The position numbers and the translations under genes were made by a program. A stretch of DNA of 64,000 nt. It comes from Ptychomitrium polyphyllum. Lineage: Eukaryota. How positions within the stretch are numbered: the stretch's first letter is position 1; every line of letters begins with the position of its first letter. The notes below the pieces were generated by a model. The model worked only from the letters and a program-made list of their open reading frames with translations, made no database searches and had not been told where the DNA came from. Location of the stretch: positions 6,014,001-6,078,000 of the forward strand of contig OZ316775.1 in the NCBI GenBank assembly GCA_973851085.1. Reading direction: 5' to 3'. Of the stretch, positions 62,801-64,000 are shown piece after piece.

Positions 62801-64000
62801 ATTAATTTCTATTTTATATATATACACACACACAAAAGATTAAACATTTGAACTGCTTGTTGATAATCAATAATTACACATAACTTTAATGCTCTTAAAT
62901 TTTGGAAAAGAAAATAATATCTTATTTTTTCATTTAAAGCATGCAACAAATTCACAATTAATCCAATAATAAGGCCTTGGAGTGAAAAATAACATCAAAT
63001 CAACTAATCACGCTATCTCTTTTTGAACTATGCTAGACATTAACTAACTTGTACACAATATGGTTTATTAAATCTAGACTTTTCAATGCAATTTAAATTA
63101 CATACTACCACCTACCCGCCTCCAAATCCTAATCACTGCACCACATGAAGACCTACCATGCTATAATATGTACTTCTTTCCCCACAAATTAATTAATGCA
63201 ACTTTGTAGAAGTTTTGGATATATAGTGCTCACAAGATACTCTTGTCTGTATGACTATGGTATACTGGAAGAAGTTGCTCCCCTTAAATGAAGTCAAGGT
63301 TCCCCTTAAGAGGTGAGGCATGGCAGTACAGTACATTACAAGCTTTGCTTGGAACTTTCAGGAATATTTTACCAGTGACGATATTTGGTGGTCAATCCTT
63401 GGCGAAGCTGAAAAACTGATTTGTTGCTCAAGGCACTCTTGAGCAGTTTTTGATGAAGCATACACCACACATAGGAATTGTCACCATCTGTACCTATATA
63501 TGGTGGCATGTGGTGCACTCTTTTAGACTAATAGGCACGCTTCTTGTGCTTGTACTTCAACAAAACAGTGCTCTTCTTCACATCTGGTGAAGCACTGCTT
63601 TTCACTGATTGCAATCTGCAATTTGGAATCTAAATTGCAACACCAAGTTACAGCCAAAATGCTTACAGTTTTTAACAGGATGTATGCCAATACAAACTAT
63701 ACGCACACAATGATAATGATTGAATAGGCACATAAGAAAAAAAACTAGCTATCACATGGATGCACATGGACGTTTTAGGCAAAGGTTGGTCCACTAAAAA
63801 GGATGGGAAGATACTAAAGTAATGTTTTATGAAAGAGGACCTTTTTCTCAACAAGTTCTTGAATAAAATGATTAGCTAACTAGAAAATTTGAACAATTTA
63901 GTTAACTAAGTTTAATTAACTAGATAATGATTGAGATTTTTTAAACATGGTAAAATTGTCTTTTCTTGTGGATAATAAGAGAAGGTGTAAAGAGGTCCAA

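Overview
Eukaryotic land-plant genomic DNA, most likely a moss such as Physcomitrium patens (inferred from composition, intron style and retroelement types, not proven). AT-rich, TE-derived intergenic DNA separates a few genes. (1) A very GC-rich, 5-coding-exon cytosolic alkaline/neutral invertase (GH100; minus, 8916-12185). Its promoter/5' region recurs, apparently identical, at the window start (1-671 = 13245-13915), implying a tandem paralog just left of the window. (2) A divergent VAL/HSI2-like B3 + CW-zinc-finger gene (minus, ~28.4-32.2 kb), head-to-head with (3) a ZRSR/URP/RGH3-type minor-spliceosome factor (plus, 35849-41094). Intron 4 of that gene hides a candidate stop-rich cassette exon followed by a U12-type intron, a possible minor-spliceosome feedback circuit and the best 'new system' candidate here. 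(4) A glyoxal/galactose-oxidase-like pseudogene. (5) A decayed PIF/Harbinger transposase. (6) An intronless O-fucosyltransferase-family gene (48749-50134). (7) A three-layer LTR-retrotransposon nest (53-60 kb): an old Ty3/gypsy relic with a decayed PHD finger, a chromovirus inserted into it with a TACAT target-site duplication, and an unrelated LTR replacing the chromovirus gag/protease half. All exon calls were made by eye from GT/AG boundaries and reading-frame continuity.
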